A stretch of 64,000 nucleotides of DNA from assembly GCA_963751245.1 (NCBI GenBank), contig CAVVTR010000003.1:15929-79928 (forward strand), read 5' to 3'. Under the pieces are notes generated by a model. The model did no database searches. It saw only the letters and a list, made by a program, of their open reading frames with translations, and was not told the origin of the DNA. The position numbers and the translations under genes are program-made. Below, in pieces: positions 29,101 to 37,222 of the stretch (position 1 is the stretch's first letter; each line of letters opens with the position of its first letter). Origin of the DNA: an uncultured Acidobacteriota bacterium (GTDB lineage Bacteria; Acidobacteriota; Thermoanaerobaculia; Thermoanaerobaculales; Thermoanaerobaculaceae).

Positions 29101-30638
29101 AACCAGGCGTTGAACACGTCCAGCGCGTGCTTGACGAAACCGCGCCTGCCGCTGCGGGCGATGTCCGGGTCCACCCACCGCGACGACAGCATGGGGTCCA
29201 GGGTGAAGGAGACGAACAGCGACACCAGCACGGCGAAGGCCACGGTGATGCCGAACTGGAAGAAGAACCGCCCCACGATGCCCTTCATGAACGCCACCGG
29301 CACGAACACGGCGATCACCGACATGGTGGTCGCCAGCACCGCCAGGCCGATCTCGGCGGTGCCCTCGCGGGCCGCCTCGAAGTGGTCCTGCCCCATCTCC
29401 AGGTGGCGGACGATGTTCTCGCGGACCACGATGGCGTCGTCAATGAGCAGGCCGATGGCCAGGGAGAGCGCCATCAGGGTCATCATGTTGAGGGTCATGT
29501 GGAGGAAGTTCATGGCGATGAACGACGAGATCACCGAGATGGGCAGGGTGAGCCCGGTGATCACGGTGGAGCGCCAGGAGTTGAGAAAGAAGAAGACGAT
29601 GAGCACGGTGAGGATGCCGCCGATGACCATGGTCTCCTGCACGTCTCGCACGGAGTCCCGGATCATGATGGAGCCGTCGCGCACCATGTCGATGCCGACA
29701 CCGGACGGCAGCTCCGTGCCCAGGGTCGCGACCTCCCGCTTCACCGCGTCCACCACGTCCACGGTGTTCGCCCCGGACTGCTTGAGGACGTCCAGAGCCA
29801 CCGCCGGGGTGCCGTTGACCACCGCCAGGGAGCGCTGCTCCTCGACGCCGTCCACGATGGTGGCGATCTCGCCCAGGGTGACGGGACGGCCGCCGCGCTG
29901 GGCGACGACCATGCCGGCGAACCCGGACACGTGCTCGGGCTTGCCCGAGATGCGCAGGGTGGCCTCGGTGGCCGCCCGGTCGAGCCGCCCCACCGGGGTG
30001 TTGATGTTCTCGGCCTGCACCCCCGCCACCACGTCGTCCACGTTCAGGCCCAGCGCCTCGAGACGCGCCGGGTCCAGCTCCACCTGGACCTCGCGGGGCG
30101 CCGCGCCGACCAGGTCCACCTTGCCCACGCCCGAGATGTTCTCCAGGCGGCGCTTGATCTTCTTGTCCACCAGCGTGGTCAGGTCCCGGACGGACAGCGT
30201 GTCGGAGCGGATGGCCAGCGACGCCACCGGCATGGCGGCGATCTCCAGCTTCTGCACCACCGGCTCCTCGATGTCCCGGGGCAGGTCGCCGCGGATGGCC
30301 GCGATCTTGGCGCGGGCCTCCTGCGCGGCGTCGTTCACCGAAACGCCGAGCTCGAACTCCACCACCACCTGGGAGACGCCCTCACGGGACACGGAGGACA
30401 CGTGCTTGACGCCGGCGATGGGGTTCACCGCCTCCTCGAGGGGCTTGGTCACCTCGCGCTCGACGCTCTCCGGGGCCGCCCCCTGATAGACGGTGACGAT
30501 GGAGAGCACGGGGATCTCCACGTCGGGGTACATGTCCACCGCCAGCTGGCGGTACGAGAACACGCCCAGGGTCACCAGCGCCAGCATCATGACGGCGGCC
30601 AGGACGGGGCGCTTGATCGACAGGTTGGACAGGAACAT
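26166..30638 (-). CDS. RND efflux permease (aa 1-~1024) fused in frame to a TolC-like outer membrane factor (aa ~1025-1490)
   Basis: N-terminus MFLSNLSIKRPVLAAVMMLAL..YPDVEIPVLSI is AcrB-family, with 12-TM architecture ending ..LLVVPVVYTALDDLVVR. It is followed directly by LKRRVAGAAKPSRAAAVGIALALLAGAAAPARA|QQ (a signal-peptide-like segment) and then a complete OMF with two repeats (..LTLDEALRMAAERNRDIQ..). No stop lies between the two parts. Confidence 0.85.
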   Translation of the reverse strand: MFLSNLSIKRPVLAAVMMLALVTLGVFSYRQLAVDMYPDVEIPVLSIVTVYQGAAPESVEREVTKPLEEAVNPIAGVKHVSSVSREGVSQVVVEFELGVSVNDAAQEARAKIAAIRGDLPRDIEEPVVQKLEIAAMPVASLAIRSDTLSVRDLTTLVDKKIKRRLENISGVGKVDLVGAAPREVQVELDPARLEALGLNVDDVVAGVQAENINTPVGRLDRAATEATLRISGKPEHVSGFAGMVVAQRGGRPVTLGEIATIVDGVEEQRSLAVVNGTPAVALDVLKQSGANTVDVVDAVKREVATLGTELPSGVGIDMVRDGSIMIRDSVRDVQETMVIGGILTVLIVFFFLNSWRSTVITGLTLPISVISSFIAMNFLHMTLNMMTLMALSLAIGLLIDDAIVVRENIVRHLEMGQDHFEAAREGTAEIGLAVLATTMSVIAVFVPVAFMKGIVGRFFFQFGITVAFAVLVSLFVSFTLDPMLSSRWVDPDIARSGRRGFVKHALDVFNAWFDRTADRYRAVIGWALDHRKTVLAAATVAFFGGIVAFGMLENEFFPASDQGEFQVNFSTAPDASLEETTNRLGVVLAAIGSLPEVDHTYASIGAGDTGTVRDASVYVKLKDRAERARSQKEIQRELRERLVAIAGIVPSFAESGNLDSRKPLQASIRGEDLARLKTYAAQMKGALYGVPGIVDLEMSLEHESPEYRLVIDRERAADAGLSSAAVARTLGVLVGGQAVSTFEDEDGDAIDVRLRLPEASRRDIAQVAALRLVVNRPGQAPALVSLGSLARYEAATTPSEIVRRDLSREVVVSANLDGLPLGTAVQKVREVAAGMHLPPGYSVVLAGENEAMEESFRYMGEALLLAIVFVYLILAAQFESFMDPLAIMLSLPLSIVGMAGMLLLTGDTINIMSLIGLIMLMGLVTKNAILLVDYAKVLRRRGMDRRTAVIEAGRTRLRPIMMTTTAMIFGMLPLALALGSGGEMRAPMARAVIGGLITSTLLTLLVVPVVYTALDDLVVRLKRRVAGAAKPSRAAAVGIALALLAGAAAPARAQQPVAPAAVPATGVATTVTLTLDEALRMAAERNRDIQKAEEYRRWLAGKYVEERAAALPQLTLTAAGLRQYDASQQDFFKDIPAEFGAIFSFQQDVTTAELGLSQAVFTWGKVGAAIRAAKVGLATGDDNLRRFRQAVRRDVTAAFYDVLLAKEMAAIAEENLQQKERHLEEARNRYSAGTATDYDVLAAEVAVANARPDVIRTANAVRTAREGLAFLLAETDRDVDARGDLGAEPAPPVSYEVALAVALANRPELAELTHQRQVAQELVTIAGTGDKPRVDLRAAYGRRTIDTGLDDSAGRTWNAGLYLSFPIFDGLRTRGKVVQARSDLSSLRLDEARLRDSIALEVRNAVDAVRQSEEIVAALSGTTEQAKRLLFMAEKGYEYGVKTRLDVDDAQLNLTMARGNLARARRDYLVAEVTLRWVQGVLGEGVPQPS

Positions 30639-30751
30639 CGCCGACTCCTCCTCGCGGCGGCGCCACGGCTCCCGGGAACGGCGGCGCGGTCGGGTGTCCG
30701 CGTCCGTCTCGCCCGGGCCGTGCCGGCAGCCCCCGCGCCTCTCCCGGCGCC

Positions 30752-31870
30752 TCAGACGGCGCCGGCGCTCTCCACCACCTTCACCTGGTCGCCGTCCTTC
30801 AGGTTGAAACCGCCCCGCACGACCACCCGGTCGCCGGCGGCGAGCCCCTCCGAGACCTCGACGGTGTCGCCGGAGACGGTCCGGGCAGCCACCGGCCGCC
30901 GTCGCGCGACGTCGCCCGTGACCACGAACACCTCACCGCTGCCCTTCTCCACGTCCCAGCGGAGCAGCGCCCCGCGGGGGATGAGGAGCGCATCCTCGCG
31001 GGTCCCCGTGACGATACGGCCCTTGACGAACAGGCCGCCCCGCAGCGCGCCGTCATCGTTCCTCACCTCGGCCGTGACCTTCACCGCGCGGTCCAGCTCG
31101 CCCACCGCAGGGTTGATGTGGCGCACCGTCCCCTCGAACGTCTTCCCCGGCAGCGCGTCCACCGTGAAGAGGAGCGGCTGCCCCACCCGGACGGCCGCGC
31201 TGAAGGTGGAGGGCACCGACACCGTGAGGTCGAGGAGGCGGTTGTCCACGATGCGGAACATGGGCGCGCCGCTGCCCATGTTCTCCACGCGGTCTCCCAC
31301 GTTGACCCCGCGCTCAGCCACCACCCCGTCGATGGGCGCCCGGATCACCACCTTGTCCAGGCGGGTCTCCACCGCCGCCAGCTGGGCGCGGGCGGCGGCC
31401 GTCACCGCCTGGGCCGCGTCCCGGGCCGTGCGGGCGTCGTCGAGCTGCTGCTCGGTGACCAGTCCCACGTCCTTGAGCTTGAGGGCGCGCTCGAGCTCGC
31501 GGCGGGCCCGGGTCTCGGCCACCTCCGCCTGCTTCAGCGCGGCCCGCATCGTGTCCACGGCGTTCTCCGCCTCGCGGCTGTCGAGCCGGGCCAGGGGCTG
31601 CCCGCGGGTCACCGGCACCCACTCGGTGACGTAGACGTCCCTGACCACCGCTGTGAACTCCGACTTGACCTCCGCGGCGACCTTGGGGGCCAGCGTCCCC
31701 ACCACCCCGACGGCCTCGGTGACCCGTGCCGCGGAGACCTCCGCCACCTCCACCGCCACCGTCGGGCGCCCCGCCGACGCCCCCTCCTGCCCGGCGCCCT
31801 CGCGGGAGCACGCGCTCACCGCCACGCCGCAGACCGCCACCAGCACCACTGCCATCGCTCTTTGTCCCAT
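30752..31870 (-). CDS. efflux RND periplasmic adaptor (MFP, HlyD/AcrA family) lipoprotein
   Basis: Start at ATG 31870 (MGQRAMAVVLVAVCGVAVSAC lipobox). Coiled-coil hairpin and beta-barrel segments (..VIRAPIDGVVAERGVNVGD..). ATGA overlap with the tetR stop. Confidence 0.85.
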   Translation of the reverse strand: MGQRAMAVVLVAVCGVAVSACSREGAGQEGASAGRPTVAVEVAEVSAARVTEAVGVVGTLAPKVAAEVKSEFTAVVRDVYVTEWVPVTRGQPLARLDSREAENAVDTMRAALKQAEVAETRARRELERALKLKDVGLVTEQQLDDARTARDAAQAVTAAARAQLAAVETRLDKVVIRAPIDGVVAERGVNVGDRVENMGSGAPMFRIVDNRLLDLTVSVPSTFSAAVRVGQPLLFTVDALPGKTFEGTVRHINPAVGELDRAVKVTAEVRNDDGALRGGLFVKGRIVTGTREDALLIPRGALLRWDVEKGSGEVFVVTGDVARRRPVAARTVSGDTVEVSEGLAAGDRVVVRGGFNLKDGDQVKVVESAGAV

Positions 31871-32499
31871 CACGAAGACTCCTTCTCCCCCACCGGCGCC
31901 GCCAGGGCGCCGCGGAGCACCACGTCGAGCACCCGCGAGAGGGTGGTCCGGTCCACGCTCCACTCCGGGTGGCACAGGGCCAGGCCCTCCGCCGTGTCGA
32001 AGGCGCCGAGGACCGCCATCGCGACGATCTCGGGCTCCCCCTCGCGCAGCTCGCCGGAGGCCATGCCCTCGTTGACGAGTCCCAGCACCACCGCCTGCAG
32101 CCTCTCGTGAAAGGCGTCGAAGTCGAACAGCGGCGCGTCCTGCGGAGGTCCGAAGTAGAGGGCGTGGGCGACCCGCACCACGGAGAGGTTGCCGAGCACC
32201 AGTGCGAAGAGCTGGTCCATCAGCCGGTACAACCGCTCCGTGGCGGTACCTCCCGCGTCCAGGGCGGCGCCGATGGTCGCATCGAACAGCGCGAGCGCCC
32301 GGCTCATGATCTCGGCGAAGATCCCGTCCTTGCTGCCGAAGTAGTAGTACAGGACGGGCTTGGTGACCCCCGCGGCCTCGACGATCTCGCGCACGGTGGT
32401 GGCCGCGTAGCCCTTGCAGGCGAAGAGCTCCACCGCGGCGGCCATCAGCCGCTCCCGCGAGCTGTCGTCCTCCGCCGGACGGATCTCCCCTGCCTCCAC
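31870..32499 (-). CDS. TetR/AcrR family transcriptional regulator
   Basis: HTH RLMAAAVELFACKGYAATTVREIVEAAGVTKPVLYYYFGSKDGIF. Start set at GTG 32499 (GAAGGAGG 4 nt upstream); the track start is 32589. Confidence 0.85.
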   Translation of the reverse strand: MEAGEIRPAEDDSSRERLMAAAVELFACKGYAATTVREIVEAAGVTKPVLYYYFGSKDGIFAEIMSRALALFDATIGAALDAGGTATERLYRLMDQLFALVLGNLSVVRVAHALYFGPPQDAPLFDFDAFHERLQAVVLGLVNEGMASGELREGEPEIVAMAVLGAFDTAEGLALCHPEWSVDRTTLSRVLDVVLRGALAAPVGEKESS

Positions 32500-32517
32500 G
32501 CCGCCTCCTTCTGCCAC

Positions 32518-32543
32518 AAAAAAGCGGTCGTCTTGTGACGACC
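32518..32543 (-). promoter_or_regulatory. perfect 7-4-7 palindrome GGTCGTC-ACAA-GACGACC followed by T6: candidate TetR operator and/or intrinsic terminator
   Basis: Seen directly in the sequence. It lies between the putative -10 and the tetR SD (GAAGGAGG), and 100 nt downstream of the ALDH stop. Confidence 0.4.
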
Positions 32544-32561
32544 GGACACTACCTACCGATA

Positions 32562-32589
32562 AGTATAGGACACGACGCGCCGCCGTCAA
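32562..32589 (-). promoter_or_regulatory. putative promoter of the tetR-MFP-RND operon
   Basis: Minus strand TTGACG (32584-32589), 16 nt, TATACT (32562-32567), in a lower-GC spacer between the ALDH stop and the tetR start. Confidence 0.4.
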
Positions 32590-32643
32590 CCCCTCCCGGC
32601 GGTGCGCGGGCGGCGGGGGCGGCGGCGGCGCGCCCCTGCCGGG

Positions 32644-34059
32644 CTACCCGAGGTAGAAGCAGTACACCTTGGGCTCGGTCATCTCCTGCAGCGAGAACTT
32701 CACCCCCTCGCGCCCCAACCCCGAGTTCTTGATCCCCCCGAACGGCATGGAGTCCAGCCGGTAGTCGGTGGAGTCGTTGATCATGACGCCGCCGCACTCC
32801 AGCCGCGAGGCGATGTCGAACGCCACGTTGACGTCGCGGGCGAACACCGCCGCGTGCAGGCCGTAGGGGATGGCGTTGGCCTCGGCGATGGCCGTGTCGA
32901 GGTCGTCGAAGGGGTAGAGGTTCACCGTGGGGCCGAAAACCTCCTCGTGGTGGAGGGTGGCGGTCTCCGGGACCCCCTCGAGCACGGTGGGCGCCATCAG
33001 CGCCCCGGCCCTGGTCCCGCCGGAGAGCACCGCGGCGCCCGCCTCCCGGGCTTCCGCGACCCAGCGCTCCACCCGCTTCGCCTCCCCCTCGGTGATCATC
33101 GGCCCCATGTCGGTGCCCTCGTCCATCTTGTCGCCCACCCGGTACGCCCGGGTGCGGGCCGCGAAGGCGTCGCGGAAGACGTCGTAGACGTCGCGGTGGA
33201 CGTAGAGGCGCTGGACGCCGATGCAGTTCTGCCCGGCCGCCCAGAAGGCGCCGGAGACGCAGGTCTCCACGGCCCACTCGACGTCGGCGTCGCGCCACAC
33301 GATGACCGGTGAGTTGGAGCCCAGCTCCATGCCGATCTTCTTCAGCCCGGCCAGGGAGGCGATGCGCCGCCCCGCCTCGACGCCGCCGGTGAAGGAGACC
33401 ATCCGCGGACGCGGATCCGCCACCAGCGCGTCGCCGATCTCCGCCCCGTAGCCGGTGAGGGTCTGCAGGACGTCTCCGGGCAGCCCCGCCTCCAGCAGCG
33501 CCTCGGTGAGCTTGAGGGCGGACAGCGGGGTGACCGTGGCCGGCTTGAGGATCACCGAGTTGCCGGCGGCGATGGCGGGCCCGAGCTTGTGGGCGACCAG
33601 GTTGAGGGGATCGTTGAACGGCGTGATCGCCACCACGGGGCCGATGGGCACCCGCTCGAAGAAGCCGCGGCGGCGCTCGCCGCCGGGAAACGAGTCGAAG
33701 GGGATGGTCTCGCCGAGGACCCGCTTGGCCTCCTCGCCGGAGACCGTGAGGGTGTTGGTGCAGCGCCTCGCCTCCTTGCGCGCCTCGCGGATGGTCTTGG
33801 AGCCCTCCCTGGCGATGGTGCGCGCGAACTCCTCCAGGTTCTCCTCGACGATCCGGGCGGCCCTGAAGAGGACCTGGGCGCGGTCGTAGACGGTCATGGA
33901 GCGCGCCGTCGCGAAACCCCCGACGGCGGCGCGGAGCGCCTCGTCCACGTCGTCGCGGTCCGCCGCCGGGACCGTGTCGATGACGGCGTTGTCGAAGGGA
34001 TCGTGGACCTCGATCCGCCGCGGGCGGTCCACCCACTGGCCGCACAGGAACATCTTCAT
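32644..34059 (-). CDS. NAD(P)-dependent aldehyde dehydrogenase
   Basis: 471 aa. ALDH motifs FTGG, catalytic ELGSNSP (Glu) and GQNCIGVQR (Cys), and EEVFGP. Confidence 0.9.
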   Translation of the reverse strand: MKMFLCGQWVDRPRRIEVHDPFDNAVIDTVPAADRDDVDEALRAAVGGFATARSMTVYDRAQVLFRAARIVEENLEEFARTIAREGSKTIREARKEARRCTNTLTVSGEEAKRVLGETIPFDSFPGGERRRGFFERVPIGPVVAITPFNDPLNLVAHKLGPAIAAGNSVILKPATVTPLSALKLTEALLEAGLPGDVLQTLTGYGAEIGDALVADPRPRMVSFTGGVEAGRRIASLAGLKKIGMELGSNSPVIVWRDADVEWAVETCVSGAFWAAGQNCIGVQRLYVHRDVYDVFRDAFAARTRAYRVGDKMDEGTDMGPMITEGEAKRVERWVAEAREAGAAVLSGGTRAGALMAPTVLEGVPETATLHHEEVFGPTVNLYPFDDLDTAIAEANAIPYGLHAAVFARDVNVAFDIASRLECGGVMINDSTDYRLDSMPFGGIKNSGLGREGVKFSLQEMTEPKVYCFYLG

Positions 34060-35075
34060 GAGCGCCTCCCGATGTGCAGCAGGTCGTTGAGCATGGCGTA
34101 GCCGGTGGCCTTCTTCCCCGCGCCGGGGCCGACGACGGTCACGTCGCCCAGGGCCGCGGTGGTCACGGTGACGGCGTTGGTGGCGCCGGAGACCGCGGCC
34201 AGGGGGTCCGAGAGCGGCAGGAGCCGGGGCGCCACCTCCGCTCTCACCGCGTCACCCTCCCGGCGCACCGAGCCGATGAGCTTGTAGCGCTGGCCGCGGG
34301 CGGCCGCCTCGGCGACGTCCGCCGCCGTGATGGAGGTGATCCCCTCGCAGGGGCTGTCCGACGGCGAGAGGTGCGCCCCGAACACCACGTTGGCGAGGAT
34401 GGTCACCTTGGCCAGGGCGTCCCGGCCGAGCACGTCGGCGTCGGGCACCGCCTCGGCGTAGCCCAGCCTCTGGGCTTCGGCCAGGGCCGCCTCGTAGGAC
34501 AGCCCCTCCTCCATCCGCGTGAGGATGAAGTTGGTGGTGCCGTTGAGGATGCCCTGCACCGCGCTGATCCCGCTGCCGGCGAGGCACTCCCGCCGCAGAT
34601 TGAGCAGCGGCGTGCCGCTCATGACCGTGCCCTCGAACAAGAAGTGCCGGCCCCGGCTGCGGGCGAGCGCGGCGAGCTCGTGGTAGTGGAGCGCCAGCGG
34701 CCCCTTGTTCGTGGTCACCACGTGCATCCCCCGCTCGAGCGCCGCGCGGAGGTGCGAGGTGGCCGGCTCGCCCGTGGTGATGTCGGTGTACGTGGCCTCC
34801 AGCACCACGTCCGCCTGCGCCTCGCGGATCATGGCGAGGGCGTCCATCCCGACGCCATCGGGCAGCGACGACAGCGAGGACCCGCCGGACGCCGCCGCCA
34901 GCGCCCCGGCCAGGTCGATCCCCCGCCGGCTCAGGCAGCTCCCCTTGAGGGAGTCGGCGATTCCGGCCACCTCCCAGGTGAGGCCGTACTCGTCCGCGAG
35001 CTGCTCCCTGCGCTCCAGCAGCAGCTCCGCGAGCCCCTGCCCCACCGTTCCGAATCCTACGAACAGCAGTCGCAT
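34056..35075 (-). CDS. hom: homoserine dehydrogenase (short form)
   Basis: MRLLFVGFGTVGQG Rossmann N-terminus, VVTTNKGPLA, FEGTVMSGTPLL, GILNGTTNFILT. ATGA overlap with the ALDH start. Confidence 0.85.
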   Translation of the reverse strand: MRLLFVGFGTVGQGLAELLLERREQLADEYGLTWEVAGIADSLKGSCLSRRGIDLAGALAAASGGSSLSSLPDGVGMDALAMIREAQADVVLEATYTDITTGEPATSHLRAALERGMHVVTTNKGPLALHYHELAALARSRGRHFLFEGTVMSGTPLLNLRRECLAGSGISAVQGILNGTTNFILTRMEEGLSYEAALAEAQRLGYAEAVPDADVLGRDALAKVTILANVVFGAHLSPSDSPCEGITSITAADVAEAAARGQRYKLIGSVRREGDAVRAEVAPRLLPLSDPLAAVSGATNAVTVTTAALGDVTVVGPGAGKKATGYAMLNDLLHIGRRS

Positions 35076-35115
35076 CGATACCTCCAGTCCGGCCCGTCCG
35101 TGGGTGGCGCGCGGC

Positions 35116-36486
35116 TCAGATCCGCGCCAGCGCCTGGTCGAGGTCGGCGATGACGTCGTCCGGGTGCTCCGCGCCCACGCAGAGCCGGACCATGGTGGGG
35201 GTGATGCCGGCGAGCTCGCGCCCCTCCTCCCCCTGTTGCAGATGGGTCGAGATCGCGGGAATCGTGGCCACCGACTTGATCCTGCCCAGGTCCGTGGCGC
35301 GCACGACGAGGCGCAGGGCGTCGAAGAAGCGCCGCGTCCCTCCGGGGCCGCCGCGGGTGACGAACGACAGGAGGTGGCCGAACGCCGGCCGTTCCGAGTC
35401 CACGACGCGGAGGTAGCGCGAGGCCAGCTCGTGAAGGGGATGCTCCGGCAGCCCCAGGTAGTCCACCCGCTCCACCGCCGGGTGAGCGGCGAGGAACGCC
35501 GCCACCCGCTCCGTCCCCTCGGACAGCCGCTCCACCTTCCACCGCAGCGTGCGGAGCTCGTTGAGGAGCATGAACGCGGCGAAGGGGGACAGGCACGGCC
35601 CGGAGTCCCTGAACGGCCACAGCTTCAGCCAGGACGCGTAGTCGGCGCGCTCCTCCTCCCCCAGGTGCCGGCTGGTGATGCCGTGCCTGGCGACGATCGC
35701 CCCGGCGATGGCGAAACCGCCCGCCCCCGCCGTCTTGGTGAGGGAGTGGACGACGATGTCGGCGCCGTGGGCCAGTGGGCGCAGCAGAGCCGGGGTGGCG
35801 ATGGTGGCGTCGACGACGAGGGGGATGCCGTGCTCGTGGGCCACCGCCGCGACGCCCGCGACGTCGAAGCACGCCTGCTGTGGATTCGACGGCATCTCCG
35901 CGTAGAGAAAGCGGGTGTCCCCGTCGACGGCCTCCCGCCAGGCCTCCGTGTCCCAGGGCCGGGTCACCCACCGCACCTCGGCGCCGCGCTCCCGCATGCG
36001 GACGCTGAACAGCTGGAAGGTGCCGCCGTAGACCTGCGACGCCGACACGAAGCTCACGCGCCCGCCCCCTTCCGGGAGGGCCAGCAGCGGCTCCACCGCC
36101 TGCTTGATGGCGGCCATCCCCGAGGACGTGGCCAGCGCCGAGGCGTCGGCGTCGCACCCGTAGCTCTCCAGCAGGGCGAGCGTCTCCTCCAGGTAGAAGA
36201 CCGTGGGGTTGTGGATGCGGGAGTAGCACCAGGTGGGGATGAGGTAGGCGAGGGCCGCCTCCATCTCGTCGCTGTCCCGGTAGATCTGGGACGTCGCGGG
36301 GAACACCGGCTCCACGATGCCACCCTGCCCGCCCCGCAGCGCCTCCTCGACGCCGTAGACGCCGTGCACGGCGATGGTGTCGAAGCGCAGCCGGCGGACC
36401 TCGTCGCGGAACGCTCTGCGCGCCTCGGCGAGCTTCCGTGCCTCGCCGACGACCCGCTGGATACCGGGGGACACGGACCCGGTCAT
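35116..36486 (-). CDS. metY: O-acetylhomoserine sulfhydrylase-like Cys/Met-metabolism PLP enzyme
   Basis: Start ATG 36486 (GAGAGGAGG upstream). FDTIAVHGV.., YSRIHNPT, and PLP-Lys context VVHSLTKTAGAGG. The C-terminus ..RLCVGAEHPDDVIADLDQAL is typical of the family. Confidence 0.85.
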   Translation of the reverse strand: MTGSVSPGIQRVVGEARKLAEARRAFRDEVRRLRFDTIAVHGVYGVEEALRGGQGGIVEPVFPATSQIYRDSDEMEAALAYLIPTWCYSRIHNPTVFYLEETLALLESYGCDADASALATSSGMAAIKQAVEPLLALPEGGGRVSFVSASQVYGGTFQLFSVRMRERGAEVRWVTRPWDTEAWREAVDGDTRFLYAEMPSNPQQACFDVAGVAAVAHEHGIPLVVDATIATPALLRPLAHGADIVVHSLTKTAGAGGFAIAGAIVARHGITSRHLGEEERADYASWLKLWPFRDSGPCLSPFAAFMLLNELRTLRWKVERLSEGTERVAAFLAAHPAVERVDYLGLPEHPLHELASRYLRVVDSERPAFGHLLSFVTRGGPGGTRRFFDALRLVVRATDLGRIKSVATIPAISTHLQQGEEGRELAGITPTMVRLCVGAEHPDDVIADLDQALARI

Positions 36487-36509
36487 GACGGCCTCCTCTC
36501 CTCGGCGCC

Positions 36510-36578
36510 GTGGAGCGGCCGGCACCGTCCCGGGCGGGACGAACCCTCCCCCGGGGAGGCTTGCGCGCGGCCGCTCAC
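36510..36578 (-). promoter_or_regulatory. structured 5' leader (three-way junction) upstream of metY-hom-ALDH; possible riboswitch or translational control element
   Basis: Minus-strand RNA. P1: GUGAGCGGCCG (36568-36578) pairs with CGGCCGCUC(C)AC (36510-36521). P2 hairpin CCUCCC-cgg-GGGAGG (36545-36559). P3 hairpin GUCCC-gccc-GGGAC (36527-36540). The CCUCC of P2 is complementary to the SD GGAGAGGAGG. Confidence 0.35.
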
Positions 36579-36639
36579 GTTGGTGACCAGTGTTGCACGA
36601 GCGGACCGCCACCGACAACGGGCCGGCCGGAGCTCCGGC

Positions 36640-37128
36640 TCAGCGGCCGGGAGCGCCCTGGGAATCCGGTGCGGCCGGCTCCTGCACCCGGTGCCAGACG
36701 TCGGTCCGCCCGAACAGGGGGATGCCGACGTAACCCCGCAACTTGAGGGTGCCGTCGTCGACCAGGGTGACCTTGACGTGGTAGGTCTTGCCGGACTTGG
36801 GATCGTAGATGGTCCCGCCCTCCCAGAGGCTGTCGCCGTCCCAGGTGAGGTCCTTGAGGATCTGCAGCCCCTTGAGCGGCTGCGAGCGCAGCGCCGGGTC
36901 CGGGTTGTTCTTGTCCAGGGGCACCTTCACGTCCTTCTCCGGCTTCACCCAGACCAGCTTGCCGCAGAAGGCGTCGCCGCAAGGCTCGATCTGGACGTGG
37001 CCGTCCTTGTCCCCGGTGAGCCAGATCCCCGCGATGGCGCCGGCGCTCTCCCCGCCCGCCACAGCGACGAGGGGGAGGACGAGGAGGATGGCCGCCCCGA
37101 GGGCAGCGGGAAGTAGAGAGCGTCTCAT
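36640..37128 (-). CDS. DUF2147 domain secreted protein
   Basis: Signal peptide MRRSLLPAALGAAILLVLPLVAVAG. GIWLTGDKDGHVQIEPCGDAFCGKLVW..NNPDPALRSQPLKGLQIL..GGTIYDPKSGKTYHVKVTL..LKLRGY matches the DUF2147 pattern. Confidence 0.75.
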   Translation of the reverse strand: MRRSLLPAALGAAILLVLPLVAVAGGESAGAIAGIWLTGDKDGHVQIEPCGDAFCGKLVWVKPEKDVKVPLDKNNPDPALRSQPLKGLQILKDLTWDGDSLWEGGTIYDPKSGKTYHVKVTLVDDGTLKLRGYVGIPLFGRTDVWHRVQEPAAPDSQGAPGR

Positions 37129-37222
37129 GGTCGTGGTCCTTTCCGCCGGGCGGCGGGACCGCCGTCCGGGCGCGCTTTCGTGCTGTGGCAACACCGCCGC
37201 GGGTCCGCCGATTCTCGCCCGC

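Noticed and set aside
25884-31634. 1916-aa plus-strand ORF, the longest in the track
   Set aside because: It is antisense to the clearly recognisable RND::OMF and MFP genes. The translation is Arg/Gly/Pro/His-rich low complexity with no motifs, typical of a high-GC shadow ORF.
36487-36639. SAM-I riboswitch upstream of metY
   Set aside because: The SAM-I core sequence (AGAG..GGAGGGA..GGCCC..GCAACC..GGUGC.AA) is not recognisable. I kept it only as an unclassified structured leader.
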